DNA from: Myxococcaceae bacterium | GTDB lineage: Bacteria > Myxococcota > Myxococcia > Myxococcales > Myxococcaceae | Assembly: GCA_044223505.1 (NCBI GenBank) | Contig: JBGALX010000012.1 | Coordinates: forward strand, 1 to 26,173 | Length of the DNA: 26,173 nt | Reading direction: 5' to 3' | Part shown: positions 7,395 through 16,008 of the stretch, in pieces | Position numbering within the stretch: position 1 is the first letter of the stretch | How the letters are laid out: every line of letters begins with the position of its first letter | Translations under genes and position numbers: made by a program | The notes under the pieces: model-generated | The model's input: the letters and a program-made list of their open reading frames with translations, nothing else | Database searches by the model: none | Told to the model about the DNA's origin: nothing

Positions 7395-10300
7395 TCAGCG
7401 CTCAACTGCCCCCTCACCCCGGCCCACTCGCCTACGAGGAGAGAGGGTGCGCCTCTTCGTGACGAGCAGGAGCGCCGCCAGCAGCAGCGCTCCGGGCCCC
7501 GACGTGCAGCCGCAGCCCTTGCTCGGCTTCGACGTCGTCGTCACCTTGAACGTGCAGGTGCCGGCGTTGCCCGAGTGGTCGATGGCCGTGACCGTGACCG
7601 TCGTCTCGCCCGCGGGGAACAGGCTGCCGCTCGCGTGGTCGACCAGCACCAGCGGGCTCGCGTCGCCGTCGTCGGTGGCCGACACGCCGAACTGCACGAC
7701 GCCGCCGGCCTCGCTCGTGCCCTCGACGCTCGCGTCCGCGGGGCACATCGGCACGGGCGCCTTCGTGTCTTTCACCGTCACGAGGTGCCGGCACGACGCC
7801 GCGTTGCCCGCGCCGTCGGTCGCGGTGTGCGTCACCGCCGTCGCGCCGAGCACGAACGGGCCGCTGCGCGGCATCGTGTCGACGCCCGGAGTCGCCTCGA
7901 CGTTGTCGGTCGCCGTCGCCGAGGTCACCGTCACCATCGTGCCGCCGGGAGAGGTCGCCTCGACCCCCTGGTCGGCCGGGCACGTCACCACCGGCGGCGT
8001 CACGTCGCGCTTCAGCGTCGTCGTCACGGTCGTCATGCCGCCGGCGCTCGTCACCGTGCAGCTGAACGGCCGGCCCGCGGTGTCGTCGGTCAGCACCGTG
8101 CCCTCGCAGCCCGGCCCCAGCACCGCCGTGCTCTCGGGCTCGTCGACCACGAAGCGCAGCGTGACGTCGGACGTGTAGAAGCCGTTGCGGCCTGTGGTGC
8201 CCGTCACCATCGCGGTCACGACCGGCGGCGTGGTGTCGACCTCGTACACCCAGAGCTCTTCGTCGCCGTCGAGGTCGGTCGCAGAGAAGTACACGCGCGA
8301 GCCGACGCGCCCGAAGTTGCGCGGCAACGAGTCGGGAACGCCGGCCGCGATGTCGGTCACGCGCCGCGTACCCAGGGCCGTGCCGTCGCTGCGCCACAGC
8401 TCGATGCCCGCGCCGTCGTTGCCGTTCGCCATGAAGAGCACCTCGTTGCCGACGGCGAAGAGGTTCGCCGGGCTCGAGTCGGTGGGGCCCGGGGCGAGGT
8501 CGATCGCCATCGTGCCGGCGACCGTGCCGTCGCTGACCCAGAGCTCGCGGCCCATGCCCGGGGCGACGCCCGAGAAGAACACCTTCGAGCCCGCCGTCAC
8601 CAGCGCCCCCGACGGTGTCACCGCCTGCGCGACGCGCAGCGTGTTCGCCGCGGTGCCGTCGCTCGCCCAGACGTCGGGCACCGAGACGAAGAACACGCGG
8701 TCCGTAGTGCCCACCATCGCCGCGAGCGCCGGCAGGCTGCCGGTGCCCGCCACGAGGTCCGCCACGAGCGACGCCGTCGTGCCGTCGGTGACGTACAGCT
8801 CGGTGCCGGTCGCCGCCGTGGTCGCGAAGAAGAAGACCCGGTTCCCCGCCCGAGTCAGGAGCGAGGGGTTGCTGCCCACGGCGCCGGGGTTCAAGTCTGC
8901 GATGCGGCGCGTGCCCGCCTGAGCGCCATCGGAGAACCACGGCTCGGCGCCCGAGGCTCCGTCGTTCGCGACCGTCACGAGGCCCGTGGGCAGCGCGACG
9001 AGCGGCGGGCTCGAGCTGAAGCCCGACGTGGTGCCGGTGGCGGCCTCGGCCGCGAGACGCGTGCCGGCCAGCGTGCCGTCGCTGCGCCACAGCTCGGTGC
9101 CGGCAGCGGCGCTGCTCGCGGCGAAGTAGAGGTTGCCGTTGAAGACCGTCGGCGCTCCGACCGAGCTGGGGAGCGGGTCTGGGGAGCCGAGGGTGAGCCG
9201 GTCGGTTCCGTACATCGCCGTGCCGAAGCGGATGACGAGCCGATCGCCGAGCACGAAGAGCGACGAGATGACCGACAGGCCGAGCATCGACGTGAGCTGA
9301 CGCGTCGACGCGGTCGTGCCCTTCGTCTCGAACAGCTCGTAGCCGAGGTTGTGCGGGTTCGCGCCGAAGAGCGCGCGGTCGCCGTCGGCGGTGATGGCTA
9401 CGGGCAGCGACGACGCGGTGACGCCGTACATGTCGCGCACGAGCCGCTTGATGCCGAACGCGCTCACCGTCCACAGCTCGTCGCCCGAGCTGCCGTCGTT
9501 GCCGGCGACGTAGATGGCGCCTCCGGTGACGCCGACCGACTCGACCTGATCGGTGGTGAGGCCGACGTCGGTGAACGCTCCGAACGCGCGCAGCGAGAGG
9601 AGGCGGCCGCCGGTGTTGATCAGCATCGCGCTCGGCTCCGACAGGTAGCGCACGGCGCCGTTCAACCCGCGAGGGCCGGGGTTCAGGTCGGCCATCGGCG
9701 TCACCGTCGAGCTGCTGGAGCTGACCTGATAGACGTCGGCCGGCATGTCGTTGCCGCCGAGCACGCAGTAGACGGTCGAGCTGATCTCACCGCACGCGCG
9801 CGGCGTCGACGACGCAGGGCCCGGGTTGATGTCGTAGGCCGTGACGGCGCCGCCGACGGTGTCGTAGCGGAAGAGCTCGTTGCCGGCAGGGCCGTCGCCC
9901 GCGAAGTAGACCGAGAACGTCTGCGTGGCCAGGATCTGCATCGGCGAGGTGCCGACCGACGCGATGGTCGAGAGCCGCACCGGTGCGGTGGTTCCGTCCC
10001 AGCGCCAGAGCTCCGACCCGTTCGTGGGGTCGCTCGCGGTGAAGTAGAGGAAGCTGAACAGCGGCGTGAACCCCGAGGGGCTCGAGCTCGCGAGCCCCGG
10101 CGCGAGGTCGGCGACGAGCGTCGTGCCGGCCGCCGTGCCGTCAGTGGCGTACAGCTCGCTGCCGCTCGCGCCGTTCGCGGTGAAGACGACGCGACCCGAG
10201 AACGTGGCCCACTCCCGCGGGTTGCTCGAGCCCGTGAGGTTCAGGTCCGCGAGCCGCACGGTGCCCGCAGCCGTGCCGTCGGTGCGCCACAGCTCGATGT

Positions 10301-10760
10301 CGGTGGCGATGCCGCCGCCGAAGAACACGAAGCCGTTCGACGAGATGCCCGGCTCGCTGTTGAAGTTGATGTTCACGCCGGAAGCCGCGCCGGGCTCGAG
10401 GTCCTTCAGCAGGCGCGTGCCGGCGGCGGTGCCGTCGCTGATGAAGAGCTCGCGCCCGACGTCAGGGCGCGTGGCGGCGAACACGACCTCGTTGCCGATG
10501 GCTCCGATGGGGTTCGGCTGCGAGCTCGCCGTGCCCGGGTTCACGTCGGCGACCCGGCGCGTGCCGATGCCCGTGCCGTCGGTCACCCACAGCTCGGCAC
10601 CGAACGCGTCGACGCCCTGGAAGAACGTGCGCGACCCGGCGGTGACGAAGAAGTTCGGCCGGCCGCTCTTCGTCGAGGTCTCTGGGTTGAGGTCGGCGAC
10701 GCGGCGTGGGTTCGCCGCACCCACCAGCGGGACGAGGAGCAGCAGAAAGGCGTGGCGCAT
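7395..10760 (-). CDS. large secreted surface protein: about 14 ELWxxDGT-type repeats, three HYR (hyalin-repeat) domains, C-terminal MYXO-CTERM sorting tag
   Basis: Signal peptide MRHAFLLLLVPLVGAA. Repeats such as ELWVTDGTGIGTRRVADVNPG and ELWRSDGTLAGTRL recur. CPADQGVEATSPGGTMVTVTSATATDN-like HYR units appear three times. The C-terminus GCGCTSGPGALLLAALLLVTKRR fits the MYXO-CTERM pattern (Cys motif, TM helix, basic tail). Confidence 0.85.
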   Translation of the reverse strand: MRHAFLLLLVPLVGAANPRRVADLNPETSTKSGRPNFFVTAGSRTFFQGVDAFGAELWVTDGTGIGTRRVADVNPGTASSQPNPIGAIGNEVVFAATRPDVGRELFISDGTAAGTRLLKDLEPGAASGVNINFNSEPGISSNGFVFFGGGIATDIELWRTDGTAAGTVRLADLNLTGSSNPREWATFSGRVVFTANGASGSELYATDGTAAGTTLVADLAPGLASSSPSGFTPLFSFLYFTASDPTNGSELWRWDGTTAPVRLSTIASVGTSPMQILATQTFSVYFAGDGPAGNELFRYDTVGGAVTAYDINPGPASSTPRACGEISSTVYCVLGGNDMPADVYQVSSSSSTVTPMADLNPGPRGLNGAVRYLSEPSAMLINTGGRLLSLRAFGAFTDVGLTTDQVESVGVTGGAIYVAGNDGSSGDELWTVSAFGIKRLVRDMYGVTASSLPVAITADGDRALFGANPHNLGYELFETKGTTASTRQLTSMLGLSVISSLFVLGDRLVIRFGTAMYGTDRLTLGSPDPLPSSVGAPTVFNGNLYFAASSAAAGTELWRSDGTLAGTRLAAEAATGTTSGFSSSPPLVALPTGLVTVANDGASGAEPWFSDGAQAGTRRIADLNPGAVGSNPSLLTRAGNRVFFFATTAATGTELYVTDGTTASLVADLVAGTGSLPALAAMVGTTDRVFFVSVPDVWASDGTAANTLRVAQAVTPSGALVTAGSKVFFSGVAPGMGRELWVSDGTVAGTMAIDLAPGPTDSSPANLFAVGNEVLFMANGNDGAGIELWRSDGTALGTRRVTDIAAGVPDSLPRNFGRVGSRVYFSATDLDGDEELWVYEVDTTPPVVTAMVTGTTGRNGFYTSDVTLRFVVDEPESTAVLGPGCEGTVLTDDTAGRPFSCTVTSAGGMTTVTTTLKRDVTPPVVTCPADQGVEATSPGGTMVTVTSATATDNVEATPGVDTMPRSGPFVLGATAVTHTATDGAGNAASCRHLVTVKDTKAPVPMCPADASVEGTSEAGGVVQFGVSATDDGDASPLVLVDHASGSLFPAGETTVTVTAIDHSGNAGTCTFKVTTTSKPSKGCGCTSGPGALLLAALLLVTKRRTLSPRRRVGRGEGAVER
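7409..7447 (-). repeat. degenerate inverted copy (A') of the same element family (CCCCCTCACCCC-N11-CCTACGAGGAGAGAGGG)
   Basis: Same arrangement as copy C but with an 11-bp insertion. It overlaps the last codons of the ELWxxDGT gene (...RRRVGRGEGAVER stop). Its CCCCTCACCCC is complementary to the GGGTGAGGGG of copy A, 50 nt away. Confidence 0.4.
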
Positions 10761-10777
10761 CGCCCACGCCTACTGAT

Positions 10778-12265
10778 TCATGGCCCGCCGCGCAAACGGC
10801 GCCGCTGCAGGGCCGCGAGCGCGAGCAGCACCAGCGGCAGGCCCGCGGCCGCGCTGCAGCCCTTCGGCGGGGCCGGCGTCAGCCACACGTGGCTCGTCAC
10901 GGTGCGCGGGTAGCCGCCGACCCAGACCTCGGCGCGCACGCGCGTCTCGCCCTGCGCGGGCGCGGTGAACGTGCGCTCGGCGTCGAACGCATCAGCGGTC
11001 ACGTCGACGGCGGGCTCGGCCTTGCCGTTCACGACCCAGACGAGCTTCGCGCCGGAGCCGCCGGTGACGCGGGCCTTCAGCGTCGGCTCGGCGGCGGCGA
11101 CGGTGTCTCCGACGGTAGCGTCGCCCGCGGTCAGCTCGACCATGGGGTCGTCGGGGCCCTGCAGCTTCACGACCGTGCGGCCCTTGCGCACGGCCTCGAC
11201 GACGGCGTCGACCGAGAGCTCGCGCGCGAACACCATCGTCGTCGGGTTGCCGATGGGGCTCATGCTGCCGACGCCGGCGGTGTGGTCGTCGCTGCCGCCG
11301 ACCGCCGCGACGTGCAGGCCGAGGTCGAGCACGCGGTCCCAGAAGCGAATCGCCTCGCGCGTGAACAAGAGGCCCGTCGCGTCCCAGCCGCCGGTGCCGA
11401 TCTCGATCGCGCCGATGGAGTCGCGCGGCAGGGCGTGGCTCCACTTGCAGCCGATGCAGGCGTCGCCGAGGTCGAGCACCGGGTGGTTGATGGAGAAGAC
11501 CGCGCCCTGCTGCACGAGCGCCGCGGCGATGCCGTTCATGGTGACGCCGTTGAAGCCGACGCGGTGGTCGACCCACCTCGTGGCGCCGATGCCGTTCGCG
11601 TGGCCGCCGTACGTGGTCAGCTCGACGCCGGGCACGAGCAGCACGTCGGGCGAGCGGCCCTGCGCGTCGCCCATCAGCTCGAGCTGCGAGCTCGTGTTGT
11701 GGTCCGAGAGCTCGATGAAGTCGAGGCCGCGCGACTTCGCCAGCGCCACCATCGCGTCGAACGTCGGCTTCGCGTCGCCGCTCTCGCGCGAGTGCGTGTG
11801 GAAGTCGCCGGCGTACCAGCGCGCGGCGCTCTTCAGCGGGGCCGGCGCGGCCCACGCTCTGCGCTGCGGCTCGTCGGCCAGCGTCGCCACGTCGCGCAGC
11901 GCGACGGTGACGCGGTAGCCCGGCGTGCCCGAGGGCGACTTCGCCTTGCCGGCGTAGACCTTCCACGTGCCGGGCGTGATGGGGCCCGTGAGGTAGCTGC
12001 GCGAGCTCGCCTTCACGCCCGTCGTGATGGGCTCGGTGTTGCCGCCGCCGTAGCCGCGGAAGCCGTCGGGGCCCTCGAGCCCCCAGTCGATGACGGCGCC
12101 CGCCTCGAGCGTCTCGTGTTCGATGCGCAGCTCTGCCGTGCCCGCCGGGACCTCGAACGGAATCGTGATGAAGTCGGCGTCTGCTGGGAATTCGCCTTCG
12201 ATGGGCGGAAGGGCGAGCGCGCTCGTGCCGAAGAAGACGGCGAGGACGCAGAGGAGGCGCGGCAT
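10778..12265 (-). CDS. secreted PHP-domain metallohydrolase (CehA/McbA-like) with C-terminal MYXO-CTERM tag
   Basis: The ATG at 12265 is residue 124 of ORF 10778..12634 (the upstream part is an R-rich artefact). Signal peptide MPRLLCVLAVFFGTSALA. PHP motifs: AGDFHTHSRESGDA and FIELSDHN. C-terminus PPKGCSAAAGLPLVLLALAALQRRR. It ends 17 bp before the ELWxxDGT gene start. Confidence 0.8.
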   Translation of the reverse strand: MPRLLCVLAVFFGTSALALPPIEGEFPADADFITIPFEVPAGTAELRIEHETLEAGAVIDWGLEGPDGFRGYGGGNTEPITTGVKASSRSYLTGPITPGTWKVYAGKAKSPSGTPGYRVTVALRDVATLADEPQRRAWAAPAPLKSAARWYAGDFHTHSRESGDAKPTFDAMVALAKSRGLDFIELSDHNTSSQLELMGDAQGRSPDVLLVPGVELTTYGGHANGIGATRWVDHRVGFNGVTMNGIAAALVQQGAVFSINHPVLDLGDACIGCKWSHALPRDSIGAIEIGTGGWDATGLLFTREAIRFWDRVLDLGLHVAAVGGSDDHTAGVGSMSPIGNPTTMVFARELSVDAVVEAVRKGRTVVKLQGPDDPMVELTAGDATVGDTVAAAEPTLKARVTGGSGAKLVWVVNGKAEPAVDVTADAFDAERTFTAPAQGETRVRAEVWVGGYPRTVTSHVWLTPAPPKGCSAAAGLPLVLLALAALQRRRLRGGP

Positions 12266-12332
12266 GGCGCATTCTCGGCGGAGGTGCAGGTTCTGTTTTT
12301 CGGCTCGTGCGTAACTGCTCGCTACACACTCG

Positions 12333-12360
12333 CCCCTCACCCCTACGAGGGGAGAGGGGA
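12333..12360 (-). repeat. REP-like element copy C (inverted orientation; CCCCTCACCCCTACGAGGGGAGAGGGGA)
   Basis: Its reverse complement equals copy A with the central 12 bp removed. It overlaps the HK stop codon (which encodes ...RRTSPLPS stop) and is about 70-95 nt upstream of the PHP gene start. Confidence 0.5.
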
Positions 12361-14058
12361 CGTTCTTCGGAACGTGACAGCGAAGGTCGTGCCGTCGGGA
12401 CTCGAGCGCTCGATGGCGATGCTGCCGCCGTGCATCGCCATGACGCGACGGCACAGCGCGAGGCCCAGGCCCGTGCCTGCGCGCGGTACGGCTTTGAGCC
12501 GCACGAAGTCTTCGAACACGCGCTCGTGCTCGCTGTCGGGAATGCCGACGCCGTTGTCGCTGACGCGAAGCGTGGCGGTGGCGGCGTCGTAGCTGAAGCG
12601 CACCTCGACCGGGTCGCGCACGTTGTAGCGGCACGCGTTGCGCAAGAGGTTCAGCAGGCAGAGCTTCAAGAGCTCGGCGTCGGCCTCGAGCACGGCGCTC
12701 TCGAAGCCCTCGAACGTGAGCTTCGCCTTCGGCGCGTCGTCTTCGAGCACGCGCACGAGCGACGCGAGCGGCACGTGCGAGCGCTGCGGCTCGAGCCGGC
12801 CCTTGTCGAGCCGGTTGAACGACAGGATGTTCTCGACCAGCGCCGTGAGCCCGTCGACCTCGGCGACGAGGCGCTGCGGGTAGTCCTTCGCCTGCGCGTT
12901 GCCCTCGAGGCGCGTCTCGAGCGTCTCGGCCATCACCCGCATCGACGCGAGCGGAGTCTTCAGCTCGTGGCTCACCGCCGCCACGAAGTCCTCCTTCATC
13001 TCGACGAAGCGCTGCTTGCGCCGCTGCGTGACGTGCACGAGGCCGGCGGCGAGCAGGCCGAGCGCTCCGACGAGGCCGAGCAGGCCGGCCTTGAGGCGGA
13101 AGAGGGCGCGGGCGCGGGAGACGGCGGCCTCCCAGTCGGCCGGCTCGACGAGGCCGAGCGCGCTCATCTGGTCGCGCACCTCGGCGCGCTCACGCCCCAG
13201 GTCGACGCGCAGCCCGCGCACGAGGTTGCCCTCGCGCTCGGCGTACCAGCCCTCGAGCTGCGAGGGCCCTTCCGGCAGCGCGTCGACGTCGGGGAGCTGT
13301 GCGTCGCTCACGGGCTCTTCCGCGCAGCGCGCCTCGAAGTCGTCGGCGGGCACCTGCGCGTGGCGCGAGAGCAGCGCGACGCGCGCGCACAGCCTCGCGA
13401 GCGTCTCGGGCGGCAGCTGGGTGCGCCCGCGCAGGAGCCTTCGCTGCAGCCCGTCTTGCCCCTGAAAGCCGTCGCGCATCAGGCCGCGCAGCAGCGCCGG
13501 GTTGCCGCGCGGGAGCAGCAGCTCGACCACCTGCGTGACGGCCTCGGCGTCGTGCTCGACCGGAGTGCGCCAGCGCGCCCGGTGCGCGAGCAGGCCCCGC
13601 ACCGCGCGCTCGAGCTCGGCGTCCGTCTTGGCGTCGCGCACCGCCTTCACGAACGGCAGCTCGCTGGCCTCGTCGTCTTCCGCGAGCGCGCCGGAGATGG
13701 GCTGCGCGGGCGAAGGGGGCAGCACGCGCACGCCGTCGCTGATCAGCAGCGTGCCCTCGGCGTCGATGAGCGGGTCCTTCGCGGCGGCGTCGATGCGGGG
13801 CAGGGCGGCCGCGAGGGCGTCGTGCAAGCGGCGCTGCAGCGCGGTGGCCGCGTACTGCTCGAGCGCGCGGCGGCGCCCGTCGATCTCTTCGAGGGCGTCG
13901 TCGCGTTCGCGGGCGAAGACCCGGGCCAGGCCTCCGAGGAAGAGGAGGAGGACCGCCGCGACGGCCGCGAGCGCCCCGAATGCGCGCCCCCTCTCCCCTC
14001 GTAGGGGAGAGGGACGGGGTGAGGGGGCCTGCCGGCGCTCTTCGGCCCTCTGCCTCAC
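12343..14058 (-). CDS. sensor histidine kinase (two TM helices, about 270-aa periplasmic domain, HisKA plus HATPase_c)
   Basis: H-box FVAAVSHELKTPL. N, G1 and G2 boxes: NLLRNACRYN, DNGVGIP, GTGLGLALC. GTG start at 14058 is 1 nt after the VWA gene stop (translational coupling). Residues about 11-24 are encoded by repeat copy B. Confidence 0.85.
   Translation of the reverse strand: MRQRAEERRQAPSPRPSPLRGERGRAFGALAAVAAVLLLFLGGLARVFARERDDALEEIDGRRRALEQYAATALQRRLHDALAAALPRIDAAAKDPLIDAEGTLLISDGVRVLPPSPAQPISGALAEDDEASELPFVKAVRDAKTDAELERAVRGLLAHRARWRTPVEHDAEAVTQVVELLLPRGNPALLRGLMRDGFQGQDGLQRRLLRGRTQLPPETLARLCARVALLSRHAQVPADDFEARCAEEPVSDAQLPDVDALPEGPSQLEGWYAEREGNLVRGLRVDLGRERAEVRDQMSALGLVEPADWEAAVSRARALFRLKAGLLGLVGALGLLAAGLVHVTQRRKQRFVEMKEDFVAAVSHELKTPLASMRVMAETLETRLEGNAQAKDYPQRLVAEVDGLTALVENILSFNRLDKGRLEPQRSHVPLASLVRVLEDDAPKAKLTFEGFESAVLEADAELLKLCLLNLLRNACRYNVRDPVEVRFSYDAATATLRVSDNGVGIPDSEHERVFEDFVRLKAVPRAGTGLGLALCRRVMAMHGGSIAIERSSPDGTTFAVTFRRTSPLPS
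13987..14026 (+). repeat. REP-like element copy B (CCCCTCTCCCCTCGTAGGGGAGAGGGACGGGGTGAGGGGG)
   Basis: One mismatch to copy A over 39 nt. It lies within the first 24 codons of the HK ORF, just downstream of the VWA stop. Confidence 0.6.
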
Positions 14059-14059
14059 T

Positions 14060-15940
14060 TCACCTCAAGACCGGGATGCGGTCGAAGTCCATCTGGGCGA
14101 GCGGCACCTCGCGCTCGAAGCGGTCGGGCCGCTTGTCGAGGCGCTTGGCGGTGAGGAGCAGCACGTGCAGCTCCTGCGACTGCTTGCGCTCTTTGAGGCT
14201 CGGCGGCAGCGTCTCCCACGTGGCGATGAGCTCGTCCCACGAGAGGTTGCGCGCCCAGTAGCTGCCGCGCAGCTTCTCGGCGAAGCCCGCCGCCACCAGC
14301 GACATGCGCGTCGGGCCGCTGACCGCCGCGAGGCTGTCGCGCACGACCTCCATCGGGAGCGCCTTCTCGACGAGCGCGCTCTGCCCGCCCTGCGGCTGCT
14401 TGAAGCGGGCGCGGAACGTGGCGAAGAACTTCGGGCTGCGGCTCTTGAGCTTCACCTCGTAGATGGCGGTGACCGCGTGGCCGGCGCCGAGCTCGCCCGC
14501 ATCGACGCGGTCGTTCGCGAAGTCTTCTTTCTTCAGGGCGCGGTTCTCGAAGCCGAGCAGGCGGTAGCGCTCGACGGCCTCGGGGTTGAACTCGAGCTGC
14601 AGCTTCACGTCCTTCGCGATGACCTCGAGCGTGCCGGTGAGCTGCTCGACGAAGATGCGGCGGGCCTCGTCGAGCTTGTCGACGTACGCGTAGTGGCCGT
14701 CGCCCTGGTCGGCGAGGCGCTCCATGAGCACGTCGTTGTACGAGCCCATGCCGAAGCCGACGGTGGTGAGCGTGATGCCCTCGCTCGCCTTGCCCTTCAC
14801 GCGGGCGTAGATGCCGTCGGCGCTGGTGACGCCGTTGTTGGCGACGCCGTCGCTGCAGAGGATGACGCGGTTGATGCCGCCGCCCTTGAAGTGGCGCAGC
14901 GCGACCGTGTAGCCGAGCTCGAGGCCGGCCTGCACGTTGGTGCTGCCCTCGCTGCGCAGCGACTGCAGCGCGGCGTAGATGGTCTCTTTCTTCGAGGCGG
15001 GCGTCGGCTCGAGCACGGTGTGCGCGCGGTCGCCGTAGACGACGACGGCGACGGTGTCGTCGGGCCGCAGCTGCTCGGTGAGCATCGTCATCGCCTGCTT
15101 CGCCATCGGCAGGCGGTTCGACTGGTCCATGCTGCCCGAGACGTCGATGACGAACGTGAGGGCCGCGCTCTTGCGCGCCTCGGCCTTCACCTCGCGGCCT
15201 TTCAGGCCGACGTGCAGCACGTGGTAGCCCTTGCGGTACGGCGAGGGGAACGCCTCGACCTGCACCGCGAACGCCTCGCGCTCGGGAGCCCGGTAGCCGT
15301 AGTCGAACGCGTTCACGAACTCTTCGACGCGCACCGCGGCCTCGGGCGGCAGCTGGTCGCGCTCGAGGTAGCTGCGCGCCAGCGTGTAGCTGCCGGTGTC
15401 GACGTCGGCCGCGAACGTCGAGATGCGCTCGGCCGCGGCGTCGATGGTCGGGTTCACGCCGTAGTGCTGCAAGAGCACGCCCGACTCTTCGGCCTCGGTC
15501 TTCTCGTTCTTCGGTGCCGGGCGCTTGCTGGCCTCGAGGGTGCCCTGCGTGACCCGGTGCGGGCTGTCGGCGGGCTTCGGGTCGGGGCTCGGCTCGGCGG
15601 GCGGGGTGACGGTGATGGCTTCGGTCGTGGTAGGCGGAGGCGGCTTCTCGGGCGCGCCGACTGCGCTGGGGGTGGAGGTCGTCGAGCCGGTGGCAGGGCC
15701 GAACGAGTCGGGGGCCTTCGCGAGCTTGCTGTCCTTCACCTTCTTGCGCGCCTCGGCGTACTCACCGTTGGGCTTCGTGAGCTCACCCTCGAGGGTCTCG
15801 CCGCTGAAGTCGATGCTCTTTTCCTCGGGCTTGCTGTCGCGCGTCGCGGTGTAGCGGCCCTCGGACTTCGACGCCGGCGGGGCGCGGTCCATCATCGCGC
15901 ACGACTGCAAGACCAGCACTGCGAGCAGGAGCTTTTTCAT
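14060..15940 (-). CDS. von Willebrand factor type A (VWA) domain protein, YfbK-like, with N-terminal signal or lipoprotein peptide
   Basis: The ATG at 15940 is residue 14 of ORF 14060..15979: MKKLLLAVLVLQSC. MIDAS motif FVIDVSGSMDQ...LCSDGVANNG. Pro/Thr-rich linker. N-terminal ...VDTGSYTLARSYL...EEFVNAFDY region, as in YfbK-type proteins. Confidence 0.8.
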   Translation of the reverse strand: MKKLLLAVLVLQSCAMMDRAPPASKSEGRYTATRDSKPEEKSIDFSGETLEGELTKPNGEYAEARKKVKDSKLAKAPDSFGPATGSTTSTPSAVGAPEKPPPPTTTEAITVTPPAEPSPDPKPADSPHRVTQGTLEASKRPAPKNEKTEAEESGVLLQHYGVNPTIDAAAERISTFAADVDTGSYTLARSYLERDQLPPEAAVRVEEFVNAFDYGYRAPEREAFAVQVEAFPSPYRKGYHVLHVGLKGREVKAEARKSAALTFVIDVSGSMDQSNRLPMAKQAMTMLTEQLRPDDTVAVVVYGDRAHTVLEPTPASKKETIYAALQSLRSEGSTNVQAGLELGYTVALRHFKGGGINRVILCSDGVANNGVTSADGIYARVKGKASEGITLTTVGFGMGSYNDVLMERLADQGDGHYAYVDKLDEARRIFVEQLTGTLEVIAKDVKLQLEFNPEAVERYRLLGFENRALKKEDFANDRVDAGELGAGHAVTAIYEVKLKSRSPKFFATFRARFKQPQGGQSALVEKALPMEVVRDSLAAVSGPTRMSLVAAGFAEKLRGSYWARNLSWDELIATWETLPPSLKERKQSQELHVLLLTAKRLDKRPDRFEREVPLAQMDFDRIPVLR

Positions 15941-16008
15941 GGTCGCGATGGTGCCTTCGGGGCGAGAGCAGTGTTTCACCCCCGGCTCATCTGATCTTCA
16001 CGGAATCA

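Noticed and set aside
7236-10913. 1225-aa plus-strand ORF (and 680-aa minus ORF 7432..9474) over the ELWxxDGT gene
   Set aside because: Antisense or off-frame to a gene with clear domain architecture. Translations are dominated by R, A, G, D and H runs.
10992-14004. ORFs 10992..12329 (minus, off-frame), 10965..11918 (plus), 12307..14004 (plus) and 12899..13465 (plus) over the PHP and HK genes
   Set aside because: Off-frame or antisense to genes with clear PHP and HisKA/HATPase motifs. Low-complexity translations.
15941-16008. Possible sigma-54 promoter (GGCAC...CGAC) upstream of the VWA gene
   Set aside because: It does not fit the TGGCAC-N5-TTGC consensus, and no enhancer-binding-protein gene is adjacent. 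The spacer may simply be an intra-operon gap.
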